Assembly: GCA_934131695.1 (NCBI GenBank)
Contig: CAKOZV010000005.1
Coordinates: 372 to 64,371, forward strand
Length of the DNA stretch: 64,000 nucleotides
Reading direction: 5' to 3'
Origin: an uncultured Bacilli bacterium
GTDB lineage: Bacteria > Bacillota_I > Bacilli_A > RF39 > UBA660
The notes under the pieces were generated by a model. The model searched no databases, was not told the DNA's origin, and saw only the letters and a program-made list of their open reading frames with translations. A program made the translations under genes and the position numbers. Positions 37,647 to 48,108 of this stretch are shown one piece after another (position 1 is the first letter of the stretch; each line of letters begins with the position of its first letter).

Positions 37647-38993
37647 TTATTCCTCCTCTTCTGGTCCTTTAGTCATATTAAGAAAGGTTGATGTATCTTT
37701 TTTAAATAACAACTGGATAGTAGCTTGAGGACCATTTCTATGCTTAGCAATAATAAATTCACTAATACTTGTTGCATCTTTCTTAGCTTCTTTATTATAG
37801 TAATCGTCTCTATATAGGAATCCTACTAAGTCGGCATCCTGCTCAATAGAACCAGACTCACGTAAATCTGAAAGCATTGGCCTTTTATCTTCTCTTCCTT
37901 CAACACTACGAGATAACTGAGCAAGAGCTATTATTGGTATATGTAACTCCATAGCAAGAGTTTTTAAACTACGAGAAATATCAGCTACTTCTTGTTGTCT
38001 ATTGCTACCATAGTTCTTTCCCCCAGAAATTAACTGTAAGTAGTCGATTATCACTAGGTTAAGTCCATCAGTAGAACTTGCTAATCTTCTACATTTAGCT
38101 CTTATTTCACCAATAGTTATTCCTGGTGTATCATCTATATAAAGTTTAGCTTTAGATAATTGAGTAGTCGCTTCATTAAATCTTTTCCAATCCTGATTTA
38201 ATAGTTTACCTGTTCGCATCTTATAACCTTCTATTTGACCAAGGGATGATATTATACGATTAGCTAACTGACTAGCTCCCATTTCTAAGTTGAATACTGC
38301 TACAGTATTATCAGAGTGTGTAGTTACATAAGTAGCAAGATTAAGGGCAAAGGCTGTTTTACCCATACCAGGACGAGCAGCTATTATAATCATTTCATTT
38401 TCATGAAGACCTGCTGTTAACTTATCAAAGTCATACCAACCAGTAGCAATACCTGTTACTTCTCCTTTGGATTCAGCTAGCTTTTCTAAGTCTTCTTGAG
38501 TTTTTATCAACACATCTTGAATACTTTGAAACTCTCCACTTTTTCTATTTTTAGCAATATTTAGTATTTGTTTTTCTGCTTGGTCTAAAACATCATTAAC
38601 ATTTTCTTCTTGATTATAACCTAATGTTACTATATTAGTAGCTGTTTCTATTAATCCTCTTAAAAGAGCCGTTTTATCTACTTCTTTAATATAATAATCT
38701 ATATTACTGGCAGTAGGCACAAACTCAATTATTTCTGTTAAATAAGAAACTCCTCCTGCATCTGTTAAAGCATTCATTCTAGTAAGCTCTGTTGTAACTG
38801 TTGTTAAATCTAAAGGTGTTTTTTCTTCATGTAAGTTTTGAAAGGCCTTAAAGATTTTGGCATTTCTAGTATCAAAAAAACTAGCTTCTGATAAATTTTC
38901 AATAGCAAGTGTAGCGGCATCTGTTGATAAAAAACAAGAACCCAATACACTCATTTCAGCTTCTTTATTATGTGGTAATTCTCTTAAGGCCAT
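37647..38993 (-). CDS. dnaB: Replicative DNA helicase (DnaB family; DnaC in B. subtilis nomenclature)
   Basis: 448 aa. PHNKEAEMSVLGS, Walker A ARPGMGKTAFAL, Walker B VIIDYLQL and the SRSVE/arginine-finger region. Confidence 0.95.
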   Translation of the reverse strand: MALRELPHNKEAEMSVLGSCFLSTDAATLAIENLSEASFFDTRNAKIFKAFQNLHEEKTPLDLTTVTTELTRMNALTDAGGVSYLTEIIEFVPTASNIDYYIKEVDKTALLRGLIETATNIVTLGYNQEENVNDVLDQAEKQILNIAKNRKSGEFQSIQDVLIKTQEDLEKLAESKGEVTGIATGWYDFDKLTAGLHENEMIIIAARPGMGKTAFALNLATYVTTHSDNTVAVFNLEMGASQLANRIISSLGQIEGYKMRTGKLLNQDWKRFNEATTQLSKAKLYIDDTPGITIGEIRAKCRRLASSTDGLNLVIIDYLQLISGGKNYGSNRQQEVADISRSLKTLAMELHIPIIALAQLSRSVEGREDKRPMLSDLRESGSIEQDADLVGFLYRDDYYNKEAKKDATSISEFIIAKHRNGPQATIQLLFKKDTSTFLNMTKGPEEEE

Positions 38994-39011
38994 AAACTTC
39001 CTCCTTTACTT

Positions 39012-39452
39012 CTACTTTACTAAATGAACTTTTACTATAGCACTAACTTCTTTATATAATTCTATTTCTATCTTATGAAATCCCAAAGATGATAGAGAAT
39101 CTTGTAATTTAATTTGATTTTTATCTATATTGTAGCCATTATTTTTTAATTCTTCTTTTATTTGTTTTTGACTAACACTTCCAAAGACACGGTCACCTTC
39201 ACCAGTTTTTACTTTAAAAGTTAAAACTAATTTTTCTAATTTAGTTTTTTCTTCCATTGCTTCTTTTGTAGCTTTATCATGATTTTCTTTTCTTAGTGCT
39301 TGTTCTTTCTTTAAGTTGTCTAAGTTTTCTTGATTAGCTACTACAGCAAGATTTTTCTTAATTAAAAAGTTAATAGCATAACCATCTTTTACTTCTTTAA
39401 TTTCATCTTTCTTTCCTACCCCTTTTACATCTTGACGAAAAATTACTCTCAT
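39012..39452 (-). CDS. rplI: 50S ribosomal protein L9
   Basis: [30 protein letters not shown] is a canonical L9 N-terminus. Confidence 0.95.
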   Translation of the reverse strand: MRVIFRQDVKGVGKKDEIKEVKDGYAINFLIKKNLAVVANQENLDNLKKEQALRKENHDKATKEAMEEKTKLEKLVLTFKVKTGEGDRVFGSVSQKQIKEELKNNGYNIDKNQIKLQDSLSSLGFHKIEIELYKEVSAIVKVHLVK

Positions 39453-40450
39453 TATTCTTCCTCCTTAATAGCTTGATTTAATTTTTCAGAGACTTTACTG
39501 ATTGGAACATTTTCAAACTGAGCAGCTCCTCCCATTTTATCTCCTCCTCCACCAATTCTAGACAATATATTAGCAATACTTTTTTTACCAATACTACGTC
39601 CACTGATAGAGGTAACATTATTAGCTGTCTTAGCAATCACAAAGGATAATTCTATATCGTTAAAGAAAAGTAAGGTATCAGCTATCTTAGCTAAGTCTTC
39701 TCTTCTATAAATAGAATAACTACTTCCCTTTGCAATTGCTATTTTATCATTAATTATCTCTACATTAGTAATTAATTTTTGACGTTCCATATAATCTTTT
39801 AAGTCTTGTTTTAATAGATATTGAACTTTAGTAGTACTAGCTCCCATACAAGATAAATAGTAGGCACTATAATATGTTTCACTATTAGTTTTAAGGGTAA
39901 AGTTATTAGTATCTAAAACTATCCCTGCTAATATTAAAGTTGCATAGTATGGATCTATTGGTGAATTATAAGCTTCCATCAAGTTTGTTATCATCTCACA
40001 AGTACTAGAAGCAGTATTATCTATTATTCTATTAGGACAAGAGATTGATGTTTCACCTAACTCATGATGATCTAGAATCACTACTTTATCTTCATCAAAT
40101 AGGGATATGATATCATTATCTTGAACTAATTCTTTCTTATTAGTGTCTAGTATAAATAAAAGATTTCGTTTATTACGTAAGTATAAGTTATCTTCTACTT
40201 CTTTTCCGGTAACTATTTGTAGACAACCATCTAATTCCCTTAATACTTTTTCAACACCTAACTCATGTTCTTTATCATTTATTACTAAATAGCAATTCTT
40301 TCTTTGCTTCTCTAAAATTGAATATAATCCTATAGAACTACCTAAAGCATCTAAATCTAAATTCTTATGAGCCATTATAAATATAGTCTTAGCACCACGA
40401 ATTAATTTTTTTAATTCTTTTTTCTTTTCACCAATTTTCAAAACAACCAC
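39452..40450 (-). CDS. Stand-alone DHH/DHHA1 phosphoesterase at the gdpP locus
   Basis: Motif [12 protein letters not shown], the DHH motif ILDHHE and a DHHA1-like GGGG..GGAAQ. Only about 330 aa, with no TM/PAS/GGDEF part. The start is uncertain: GTG 40450, or TTG 40441 after AGAGGTGG. Confidence 0.75.
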   Translation of the reverse strand: MVVLKIGEKKKELKKLIRGAKTIFIMAHKNLDLDALGSSIGLYSILEKQRKNCYLVINDKEHELGVEKVLRELDGCLQIVTGKEVEDNLYLRNKRNLLFILDTNKKELVQDNDIISLFDEDKVVILDHHELGETSISCPNRIIDNTASSTCEMITNLMEAYNSPIDPYYATLILAGIVLDTNNFTLKTNSETYYSAYYLSCMGASTTKVQYLLKQDLKDYMERQKLITNVEIINDKIAIAKGSSYSIYRREDLAKIADTLLFFNDIELSFVIAKTANNVTSISGRSIGKKSIANILSRIGGGGDKMGGAAQFENVPISKVSEKLNQAIKEEE

Positions 40451-40506
40451 CTCTATTCAATTTTAAAAAAAGAAGATGTTAATTCTTCTTAATAAATTAC
40501 AGTTAT

Positions 40507-40535
40507 AATATACCATTTTTAACATTAAAAAGCAA
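40507..40535 (-). promoter_or_regulatory. Candidate sigma-A promoter for the DHH-rplI-dnaB operon
   Basis: On the - strand: TTGCTT, a 17-nt spacer, then TATATT with a TGg extended -10. Confidence 0.35.
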
Positions 40536-40604
40536 ACCATCTTCATAAGATTAATATCTTTTTCAACATAAAAAGTTGAAACCAAAAGTCCCAACTTTAA
40601 AATA

Positions 40605-40820
40605 TTATTTTGTAAATGGTAATAATGCAATTGCACGTGCTCTTTTAATTTCATTAGCTATAACACGTTGATGTTTTGCACAAGCACCAGTAACACGACG
40701 AGGTAATATTTTTCCTCTTTCGTTAATGTATTTTCTTAAAATATCAACATCTTTATAATCAAAAGTTTTTCCTTGACACATTAAGCATACTTTTTTCTTC
40801 TTACGATAAAATTCTGCCAT
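40605..40820 (-). CDS. rpsR: 30S ribosomal protein S18
   Basis: 71 aa. [26 protein letters not shown] is an S18 signature. Confidence 0.95.
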   Translation of the reverse strand: MAEFYRKKKKVCLMCQGKTFDYKDVDILRKYINERGKILPRRVTGACAKHQRVIANEIKRARAIALLPFTK

Positions 40821-40835
40821 AACTTAACCTCCTTT

Positions 40836-41357
40836 TTAAAATGGTAATTCGTCATCATTTATCTCGATATTAGAGCCAAATTCAGCATAAGGATCACTAG
40901 ATACATTTGTACCTGTAGGAGCTGCTGCAGCACTAAAATCATAAGGAGTAGTAGCATCAGGTGTAGATGGTTGATTATTGAAACTAGCAGGAGCTGGTTG
41001 ACTATTAAAGCTTGGTTGTTGAGTTGATTGAGAATTATCTCTTCTTGTACCAACAAAGTCTATATTTTCAACAACAACTTCAGTAACATATCTTCTTTGA
41101 CCATTTTGATCATCATAGCTTCTAGTTTGAATTCTACCTTCTACTGCCACTTGACTACCTTGAGATAAATAATTTTTAACTGTTTCTGCTAGTTTTCTCC
41201 AAACTACACAGTTAATAAAGTCTGCTTCTCTTTCGCCATTTTGATTAGTAAATGAACGATTTACAGCAAGACTGAAAGTTGCAACTGGTGTATTACTACC
41301 AGTATAACGTAACTCAGGGTCTCTTGTTAATCGACCTATTAATATTACTTTATTCAT
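40836..41357 (-). CDS. ssb: Single-stranded DNA-binding protein
   Basis: [21 protein letters not shown] fold, a Gln/Pro/Ser-rich linker and the acidic tip DDELPF. Confidence 0.95.
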   Translation of the reverse strand: MNKVILIGRLTRDPELRYTGSNTPVATFSLAVNRSFTNQNGEREADFINCVVWRKLAETVKNYLSQGSQVAVEGRIQTRSYDDQNGQRRYVTEVVVENIDFVGTRRDNSQSTQQPSFNSQPAPASFNNQPSTPDATTPYDFSAAAAPTGTNVSSDPYAEFGSNIEINDDELPF

Positions 41358-41371
41358 AGTTACCTCTTTTT

Positions 41372-41659
41372 CTAGTCTTCTTTACGAATAATTAAATGAC
41401 GTAAAATGTTTTCATTGATTCCAGCTAAACGATCAAATTCTTTAATAGCTTCATGAGAACCTTCTACTACGAATAAGAAATAATATCCATTTTTATATTT
41501 CTTTATTTCATATGCTAATTCTCTTTGTCCCATAGCTTTTTCTTCAACGATTTTAGCTTCTAAGTTTGTTAAAACTTTCTTTAGATTTTCAGCTTCACTT
41601 TTAATAGCAGTTTCCTCTAAATCTGGTTTTACAATAAACATAATTTCATACTTGTTCAT
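41372..41659 (-). CDS. rpsF: 30S ribosomal protein S6
   Basis: [17 protein letters not shown] 41659 is preceded by GGAGGTGG. Confidence 0.95.
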   Translation of the reverse strand: MNKYEIMFIVKPDLEETAIKSEAENLKKVLTNLEAKIVEEKAMGQRELAYEIKKYKNGYYFLFVVEGSHEAIKEFDRLAGINENILRHLIIRKED

Positions 41660-41788
41660 TATTTCCACCTCCTTCTGGACATAAGACCTAAATAATAGGT
41701 AAGGAGTATTTTAAATACTCGTTTGTATTATAACAAATGCCAATTACTTTTGCAACTAAATATTTGTTCTTTTTTATTAATCCATCAG

Positions 41789-42562
41789 TTATACATAATA
41801 AAATCCAACAAAGTTTTGACCACTCTTTTTTTCATTACCTCTTATTCTAGAGTAATGTGAAGCATAGTCTATATTTGTTATTGTGTCATTCTTATTAATT
41901 TTTATGTTTTTTATTTGTTTATCTTCCAGTTGCTTTAATATTGCTTTATACATATCTACCCTATATTTACTATTTGTTTCTTCTATACAATCTTTCCACA
42001 CTTCTTTATTAGTAGCCCAATGTGGATAAGTATCATATATAAATTTTTCCTTTTTTGCTCCACTAGAAATATAAACATATATGTCATCTATGTTACTCTT
42101 ATATTCTTTTTGTAACGATTCTATTATTTGGCTTGGTAATTTTCTATTAATATATGCTGCACCACAATGTGCTAAAGCAGTTACTCCCTTTTTCCTATCT
42201 TCTGCTATTACTATTGGACAATCAGCACACATATTACCTACAACTATTCCTTTATATTTATTACTAATCATCAAAATATCTGCTTCTAAATTTAAATACC
42301 AATAGTCATCCTTTGTTAATTCTTTTTCTGTAATATTTATATATTTACCATCTGGATACTCTACTTTGTTCAACTCTGTCTTTTGAACTGCTTGAATCAT
42401 TTTTAAACCATTAAATCCATATTTTTTTCCTAATTTTATTCTAGTTTGTTTAAATATTTCATTTATTTCATCTTGAGTTAATTCATCATTATAAAATATT
42501 TTATTTCGACTCATTACTCCATCTTTTTTATTAGCTTCAAATATTTTAATTTGTGATTTCAA
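41789..42562 (-). CDS. Possible PgeF/YfiH (Cu-oxidase_4, PF02578-like) family protein, divergent
   Basis: MCADCPIVIAEDRKKGVTALAHCGAAY resembles the TADC.P......A..HAGWRG core of YfiH/PgeF, but the GWRG is not conserved. This is a tentative call. Confidence 0.4.
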   Translation of the reverse strand: MKSQIKIFEANKKDGVMSRNKIFYNDELTQDEINEIFKQTRIKLGKKYGFNGLKMIQAVQKTELNKVEYPDGKYINITEKELTKDDYWYLNLEADILMISNKYKGIVVGNMCADCPIVIAEDRKKGVTALAHCGAAYINRKLPSQIIESLQKEYKSNIDDIYVYISSGAKKEKFIYDTYPHWATNKEVWKDCIEETNSKYRVDMYKAILKQLEDKQIKNIKINKNDTITNIDYASHYSRIRGNEKKSGQNFVGFYYV

Positions 42563-42570
42563 TTAGCACC

Positions 42571-43671
42571 TCACACATTAAATCTAAAGTGACAAATATC
42601 ACCATCTTGCATGATATAATCTTTTCCTTCTATTCTAGCTTTTCCTGCTTCTCTAGTTTTTAACTCACTACCATATTCCATTAAATCATCATAACTAATA
42701 ACTTCAGCTTTAATAAATCCTTTTTCAAAGTCTGTATGAATAATACCTGCACATTTCTTAGCATTCATACCTTTTTTAAAAGTCCAAGCCCTTACCTCAT
42801 CTTTACCTACTGTAAAATAAGTAGCTAAACCTAATAAATCATAGGTTGCAGAAATAAGTTGCTCTAATCCACTATTTTTCATTCCTAAAGCTTCTAACAT
42901 ATCTTTTTTATCTGTATCACTTAATTCACTTAGTTCTTCTTCAATCTTTGCACATAAAACTACTACGGAAGCATTTTCTTTCTTAGCATACTCTTTAACT
43001 TCTTTTACATAAGAATTATCCTCTAAACCTATCATACTTTCATCTATATTAGCTACATATATAATTGGTTTTATTGTTAAGAAATTATAAGATTTTAGTA
43101 TTTTTAATTCTTCCTCTTTAAAGTCTATATGTCTTACTGGTTGATTTTCTTCAAGTGTAGTCTTTATCTTCTCTAATAATTCATATTCTAACTTTTCCTG
43201 TTTATCCTTACTCATTAAAGCTCTTTTACTAATTTTTCCTAAACGATTAGTAACCATTTCTAAATCACTGATGATAAGCTCTAGATTAATAGTTTCTAAA
43301 TCTCTTATTGGGTCAACACTACCATCTACGTGAATTATTTTTCCATTATCAAAACATCTAACTACTTCTACTATAGCATCAGTTTCTCTTATATGTGATA
43401 GAAACTTATTTCCTAATCCTTCTCCTTTACTAGCTCCTCTAACAAGGCCTGCAATATCTGTAAATTCATAACTAGTAGGAATAGTCTTCTTAGGTTCATA
43501 CATTTCTGTTAGTCTATCAAGACGAACATCTTTAACATTAACTACTCCTACATTAGGGTCAATTGTTGCAAATGGATAATTCTCTGCTAAAATATGTTGA
43601 TTAGTAATAGCATTAAATAATGTACTCTTCCCTACATTTGGTAATCCTATAATACCTGCTTTTAAACTCAT
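42571..43671 (-). CDS. ychF: Ribosome-binding ATPase YchF
   Basis: MSLKAGIIGLPNVGKSTLFNA, the NKFL motif and a TGS domain C-terminus. ATG 43671 is preceded by GGAAGGAG. Confidence 0.95.
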   Translation of the reverse strand: MSLKAGIIGLPNVGKSTLFNAITNQHILAENYPFATIDPNVGVVNVKDVRLDRLTEMYEPKKTIPTSYEFTDIAGLVRGASKGEGLGNKFLSHIRETDAIVEVVRCFDNGKIIHVDGSVDPIRDLETINLELIISDLEMVTNRLGKISKRALMSKDKQEKLEYELLEKIKTTLEENQPVRHIDFKEEELKILKSYNFLTIKPIIYVANIDESMIGLEDNSYVKEVKEYAKKENASVVVLCAKIEEELSELSDTDKKDMLEALGMKNSGLEQLISATYDLLGLATYFTVGKDEVRAWTFKKGMNAKKCAGIIHTDFEKGFIKAEVISYDDLMEYGSELKTREAGKARIEGKDYIMQDGDICHFRFNV

Positions 43672-43686
43672 AAACAAAACTCCTTC

Positions 43687-43717
43687 CAAAATAAAAAGAA
43701 AATAATATAATTTTCTT
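43687..43717 (-). terminator. Rho-independent terminator of the AbgT transporter gene
   Basis: AAGAAAAT-tatatt-ATTTTCTT 8-bp stem followed by TTTATTTT on the - strand. Confidence 0.55.
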
Positions 43718-43752
43718 TCTTATTTTAATCTAATTAAGACAAATTGTCAAAA

Positions 43753-45348
43753 CTATAATGTCGGATAAACTCCCGGACCTATTGGTAAGCCTATTAAATA
43801 CCAACCTATTGTTAATAAAATCCAAGAAATTGAAATTATTGTAAAGTATGGCATAACATAAGCTATTGCTTGATGAATAGTTATTGGTTTTGACTTATCT
43901 TTATTATATATATTTAAATATCCTATATATATGGCAAAAGCAGCCAATAATGGGGTAATACCTGCAGTCATTGAATCACCTGCTCTTAGAATAAACTGAG
44001 CAAATTGTGGTGAAATATTAGCTTGCATCATAGCTGGTACCATAACAGGGGCAAAGATTTGCCATTTACTAGATGGTGTTGTAACAAATATATTAGCTAT
44101 AGCTATTAACACTAAGGAAATAATTATAAGTGGTAAGGCACTAAAAGAAACACTTCCTAAGATATTAGCACCCCAAGTAGCTATTATTGTTCCAATGTTA
44201 GTCTCTCTAAAAATAGAAATAAACTGACTTGCTACAAATAGTAACATAACCATCTCTGCACTTGATGTAAACATCTTTTCACAACCATATATTAAATCTT
44301 TATCATTTTTTATTGATTTAGCACCTATTCCATAAGCGATACTTGTAAGAATAAATAATAAACTTATCATATATGTGAAGCCATCTTGAAAATATGAATT
44401 AGTACCGAATAACTGACCTAGATAAGTATCTTCACTCATATCTAGCAACATACCACTAGATGGTAAATTAGGAATTATCATATAGATAAAGGCTACTATA
44501 ACTACTATTGCTGTAATCAAAGCATATTTAAGTCCTGCTTTTTCTTTCTTTTCTTTAGCAATTCTTTCTTGTTCTATTTCTTCTTCATCTACTACTGTTA
44601 ACTCTTCTGTTTTAACATTTTCTTGATTATCTTTATATTTACCTAATCTCTTAACTATTATACTTTCTACAATTACAGTTCCAATAATTGAAAGTAAAAC
44701 TGAAAAAGCAATTATTATAATTAAGTTAGATGTTAAACTAACATGAGTACTTCTATCTATTAATCTAGCAGCTGATGTTGTATAAGGAATTAAATTAACC
44801 TCCATTGAACCTACAAATAAACTTATAGCTGAGCCAAAACTAACTCCACAAAAAGCTGCTACTATTCCAGCAAAAGGATTTCTATTATTTGCTTGAAATA
44901 TTATTGCTGACAAAGGTATTAGTAAAACATAACCAATATCATTTATCAAAGAAGAAATAGTTGCTAGAAAAATAATAATAAAGGTAACTATTCTCTTATC
45001 CATTTTTTTTATTTTTCTTGAAATAACTGTATCAAGAAAACCAGTCGATGATGATACACCCAATCCAATTAAAGTAAGCACTAACATACCAAATGGAGCA
45101 AATGATAAAAAGTTACGTAACGCATTACTAAAAATAAATTTCATCCCGTCAAAAGTTAACATATTTTTAACTGTAACTAGAACACTTTCCAGTTCATAGT
45201 TAGAGGTATTAACTTTACTATAAGTTCCTTGCATTTGCAAAGCTGATAAAATAGCACTGGCTATTATTGTTAATATAGTTAGAAAAATAAAAACTGTAAT
45301 AGGATGAAAATAAAATTTCTTAAGTTTCAGTTTTTTCTTGTCCTTCAT
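43753..45348 (-). CDS. AbgT-family (p-aminobenzoyl-glutamate/antimetabolite) transporter
   Basis: 531 aa with 12 or more TMs. N-terminal HPITVFIFLTILT and overall architecture fit AbgT/MtrF. Assignment is from memory of the family. Confidence 0.7.
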   Translation of the reverse strand: MKDKKKLKLKKFYFHPITVFIFLTILTIIASAILSALQMQGTYSKVNTSNYELESVLVTVKNMLTFDGMKFIFSNALRNFLSFAPFGMLVLTLIGLGVSSSTGFLDTVISRKIKKMDKRIVTFIIIFLATISSLINDIGYVLLIPLSAIIFQANNRNPFAGIVAAFCGVSFGSAISLFVGSMEVNLIPYTTSAARLIDRSTHVSLTSNLIIIIAFSVLLSIIGTVIVESIIVKRLGKYKDNQENVKTEELTVVDEEEIEQERIAKEKKEKAGLKYALITAIVVIVAFIYMIIPNLPSSGMLLDMSEDTYLGQLFGTNSYFQDGFTYMISLLFILTSIAYGIGAKSIKNDKDLIYGCEKMFTSSAEMVMLLFVASQFISIFRETNIGTIIATWGANILGSVSFSALPLIIISLVLIAIANIFVTTPSSKWQIFAPVMVPAMMQANISPQFAQFILRAGDSMTAGITPLLAAFAIYIGYLNIYNKDKSKPITIHQAIAYVMPYFTIISISWILLTIGWYLIGLPIGPGVYPTL

Positions 45349-45535
45349 ATAACTCCTCTTTTACTTTCTTAATCTTTTTATTTAATTCAATTCTTGGAAT
45401 CAATACCGTTCTACCACAATTACAACATTTAAGTTTAATATCAACTCCAAGGCGTACTACTTCCCACTCATTAGCTCCACAAGGATGTCCTTTTTTTAGA
45501 ATTAAATGAGTTCCTACTTGATAATTATTATTCAT
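45320..45535 (-). CDS. DUF951 (YyzM-like) small zinc-ribbon protein
   Basis: LKKGHPCGANEWEVVRLGVDIKLKCCNCGRTVLIPR matches B. subtilis YyzM (MKKPHPCGTNRWKIIRMGMDIRIKCEGC) as I remember it. Confidence 0.75.
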   Translation of the reverse strand: MNNNYQVGTHLILKKGHPCGANEWEVVRLGVDIKLKCCNCGRTVLIPRIELNKKIKKVKEELYEGQEKTET

Positions 45536-46331
45536 TATGCACCTCTACTTGTGGATATGGAATTTTGATTCCAGCTTCATCTAAAGCTAGTTTAAAGTCT
45601 TTTTTCATCTTTCTTTCAACAGCAAAATTTTTATTAGACCTAGTCTTTAAAACAATTCTATAAATAACTGCTGAATCATCAAGTTTTTCTACTCCCCATA
45701 ACTCGCACTTACCTTTTAAATTATCATAGGTCTTATTAATTTTTTCCATAGTAGCATTTATAACTTTTTCTACTTCATTTAAGTCACTTTCATAACTAAC
45801 TGATATATCTACTACTGCTAAAGAAGGATTTAAACTATAATTAATTACTTCATTTATAGTATGATTAGAAATAATCTTAACAGCTCCTTTATAGTCTTTT
45901 ATTCTAGTAGTCTTAAGTCCCATAGAAATAACGTCTCCTCTAAATCCATTGATAGATACGTTATCTCCTATTTCAAATTGGTCTTCTAAAAGAATAGCTA
46001 GTCCTGCTAAAAAGTCTTTTGCTACATCTTGAAATGCTAAAGAAAGGACAGCAGTAGCAATACCGATTCCAGCAAATATTTTACTAACATCTACATGATA
46101 TAATGAAAGAATAGATAACATTGTTATAATAATTATTAAATACTTAACAAAATTTACAATAATGCTCTTTGATGTTTCTAGTTTTCGACGATGCTTTGAT
46201 GACACATTATTCTTAATTAAAGCTTGTTGTAAGATAAAATTCAATATTCTATAAATAATATATGCTACAGCAATATAAATAATTGGTTTTAAAATATATA
46301 AGAAAATTTCTGAATCTAAAAACTCTTTCAC
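45528..46331 (-). CDS. Small-conductance mechanosensitive channel (MscS family)
   Basis: 267 aa with 3 TMs, then the MscS beta-domain FEIGDNVSINGFRGDVISMGLKTTRIKD. Confidence 0.8.
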   Translation of the reverse strand: MKEFLDSEIFLYILKPIIYIAVAYIIYRILNFILQQALIKNNVSSKHRRKLETSKSIIVNFVKYLIIIITMLSILSLYHVDVSKIFAGIGIATAVLSLAFQDVAKDFLAGLAILLEDQFEIGDNVSINGFRGDVISMGLKTTRIKDYKGAVKIISNHTINEVINYSLNPSLAVVDISVSYESDLNEVEKVINATMEKINKTYDNLKGKCELWGVEKLDDSAVIYRIVLKTRSNKNFAVERKMKKDFKLALDEAGIKIPYPQVEVHNE

Positions 46332-46351
46332 TATATCACTTCCTTTTATTA

Positions 46352-47233
46352 CTATTTATCTAATTGCATAATTTCAAGTATTCTTGTTAAATCTGCTGCA
46401 TTTTCAAATTTAATTTCTACTTTGTTTTTCTTTATCTTTACTCTTGTTCCTAATTTATCACACAAAGTACTTGCTATATAACTATATTCTGAGTCACTTG
46501 CTTCTCTTCTTCTAATTTCTTTTTTTCTATGAAAATCTACTGGTGAATTAGTCATATCTTCTAGTTGTCTAACACTAAGCTTTTTAACTACTACATCATT
46601 TGCAAGTTTCTTTATTTGTTCTTTATCATCTAATTTACTTAGTATTCTAGCATGTCCCATAGATATTTCTTTTGTAATTATCATATCTTTTACTTCTTCT
46701 GGTAAAGTTAATAATCCCATCATATTAGTAACATGACTACGACTCTTTCCTACTTTTTTAGCAAGTTCTTCTTGAGTTAAATTCAACTCTTGTTGTAATC
46801 TCTTATAAGCCATAGCTTCTTCCATAGCATTCAAATCTTCTCTTTGAAGGTTTTCTAGTAATGCTATTTCCATCATTTGTTCATCAGTTAAATCTTTTAC
46901 AATAGCCGGTATTTTATCAAGTCCTGCCATTCTACTAGCAAGCACTCTTCTCTCACCTGCTACTATTTCATAACCTTTTATACTTTTCTTAGCGATAATT
47001 GGTTGAAAAACACCATGTTCTTTAATTGAATTAGATAACTCTTGTAAAGCTTCTTCATCAAATGTTTTTCTAGGTTGATAAGGGTTACTACGCAATTGGT
47101 CTAAATCTAAATCAACAATTTCATTTTTAGGGGTAGACTCTATAATTTTTTCTTCCACTTTATTTATATCTATTTGCTCTGTATTGAATAACTCTTCTAA
47201 TCCTTTACCTAAGGCTCTTCTTTTAGTTTCCAT
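46352..47233 (-). CDS. parB: Chromosome partitioning protein ParB/Spo0J
   Basis: ALGKGLEELF, NPYQPRKTFDEEALQELSNSIKEHGVFQPI, the GERR box (AGERRVLAS) and an HTH (QEELAKKVGKSRSHVTN). Confidence 0.9.
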   Translation of the reverse strand: METKRRALGKGLEELFNTEQIDINKVEEKIIESTPKNEIVDLDLDQLRSNPYQPRKTFDEEALQELSNSIKEHGVFQPIIAKKSIKGYEIVAGERRVLASRMAGLDKIPAIVKDLTDEQMMEIALLENLQREDLNAMEEAMAYKRLQQELNLTQEELAKKVGKSRSHVTNMMGLLTLPEEVKDMIITKEISMGHARILSKLDDKEQIKKLANDVVVKKLSVRQLEDMTNSPVDFHRKKEIRRREASDSEYSYIASTLCDKLGTRVKIKKNKVEIKFENAADLTRILEIMQLDK

Positions 47234-48008
47234 TACGATCAATCACTTCCTTTGCTAAATTTAAATAAGCTTCGCTTCCCTTACTCTTAGGGTCATATAC
47301 TATTATTGGTTCCCCATGACTTGGTGCTTCTGTTAATCTTATTAATCTAGGAATAATAGTATTATAAACTTTTTCTTTAAAGAATTTTCTTATATCTTCT
47401 ACTACCTCAAATCCTAGATTAGTTCTAGAGTCTAACATAGTTAGCAAGACTCCTTCTATATCTAAATTAGGATTTAATTGTTTTTGTGCAAGTCTTATAG
47501 TATTTAGTAACTGCATAATTCCTTCTAAGGCAAAGAACTCACATTGAACTGGGATAATCACTGAATCACTAGCGGTTAAAGCATTCGTTGTAATAAGACC
47601 TAAAGATGGAGGACAATCTATAATAATAAAATCAAAGTTATCTTTTATGTCTTCCAAATGTTGTTTTAGTTGAGCACCTTTAGCAAATCCAGGCTCTTGT
47701 TGACTTTTTTCTAATAATTCAATATCAAGTCCTGCTAGATTTATAGTGGCTGGTAAAACATATAACTGTTTATATTTAGTCTTTATCATTGCTTCCAAAC
47801 AAGTACATCTTCCTGTTAATACATCATAAATACTGTTGTTTATATCTCCCTTATTTATTCCAACTCCAGTTGTCGTATTTCCCTGTGGGTCTAAATCAAT
47901 TAATAAAACTCTTTTTCCTAGATAAGCAAGAGAAGCAGATAAATTGATACTAGTAGTAGTCTTTCCTACTCCTCCTTTTTGATTTACTAATGATATGACT
48001 TTTCCCAT
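47223..48008 (-). CDS. soj: Chromosome partitioning ATPase ParA/Soj
   Basis: Deviant Walker A NQKGGVGKTTT and IIIDCPPSLG. Confidence 0.95.
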   Translation of the reverse strand: MGKVISLVNQKGGVGKTTTSINLSASLAYLGKRVLLIDLDPQGNTTTGVGINKGDINNSIYDVLTGRCTCLEAMIKTKYKQLYVLPATINLAGLDIELLEKSQQEPGFAKGAQLKQHLEDIKDNFDFIIIDCPPSLGLITTNALTASDSVIIPVQCEFFALEGIMQLLNTIRLAQKQLNPNLDIEGVLLTMLDSRTNLGFEVVEDIRKFFKEKVYNTIIPRLIRLTEAPSHGEPIIVYDPKSKGSEAYLNLAKEVIDRNGN

Positions 48009-48082
48009 TTTTATCACTCGCTTCTTTTCATAACTCTACTTAATTGTATCAAAAATAGCTTATTATGAAAATAATTTTTAGG

Positions 48083-48104
48083 AAAAAAAGTAGATTTCTC
48101 TACT
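48083..48104 (-). terminator. Rho-independent terminator of noc
   Basis: AGTAGA-gaaa-TCTACT stem followed by TTTTTTT on the - strand. Confidence 0.55.
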
Positions 48105-48108
48105 TTAA

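Noticed and set aside
40859-41056. 65-aa alternative-frame ORF inside ssb (and similar nested ORFs at 10875-11151, 17932-18147, 18471-18659, 42081-42305, 52232-52480, 57510-57695, 61448-61642, 62296-62508, 63572-63754)
   Set aside because: All are nested within, or antisense to, strongly supported genes. They lack RBSs and have low-complexity composition.
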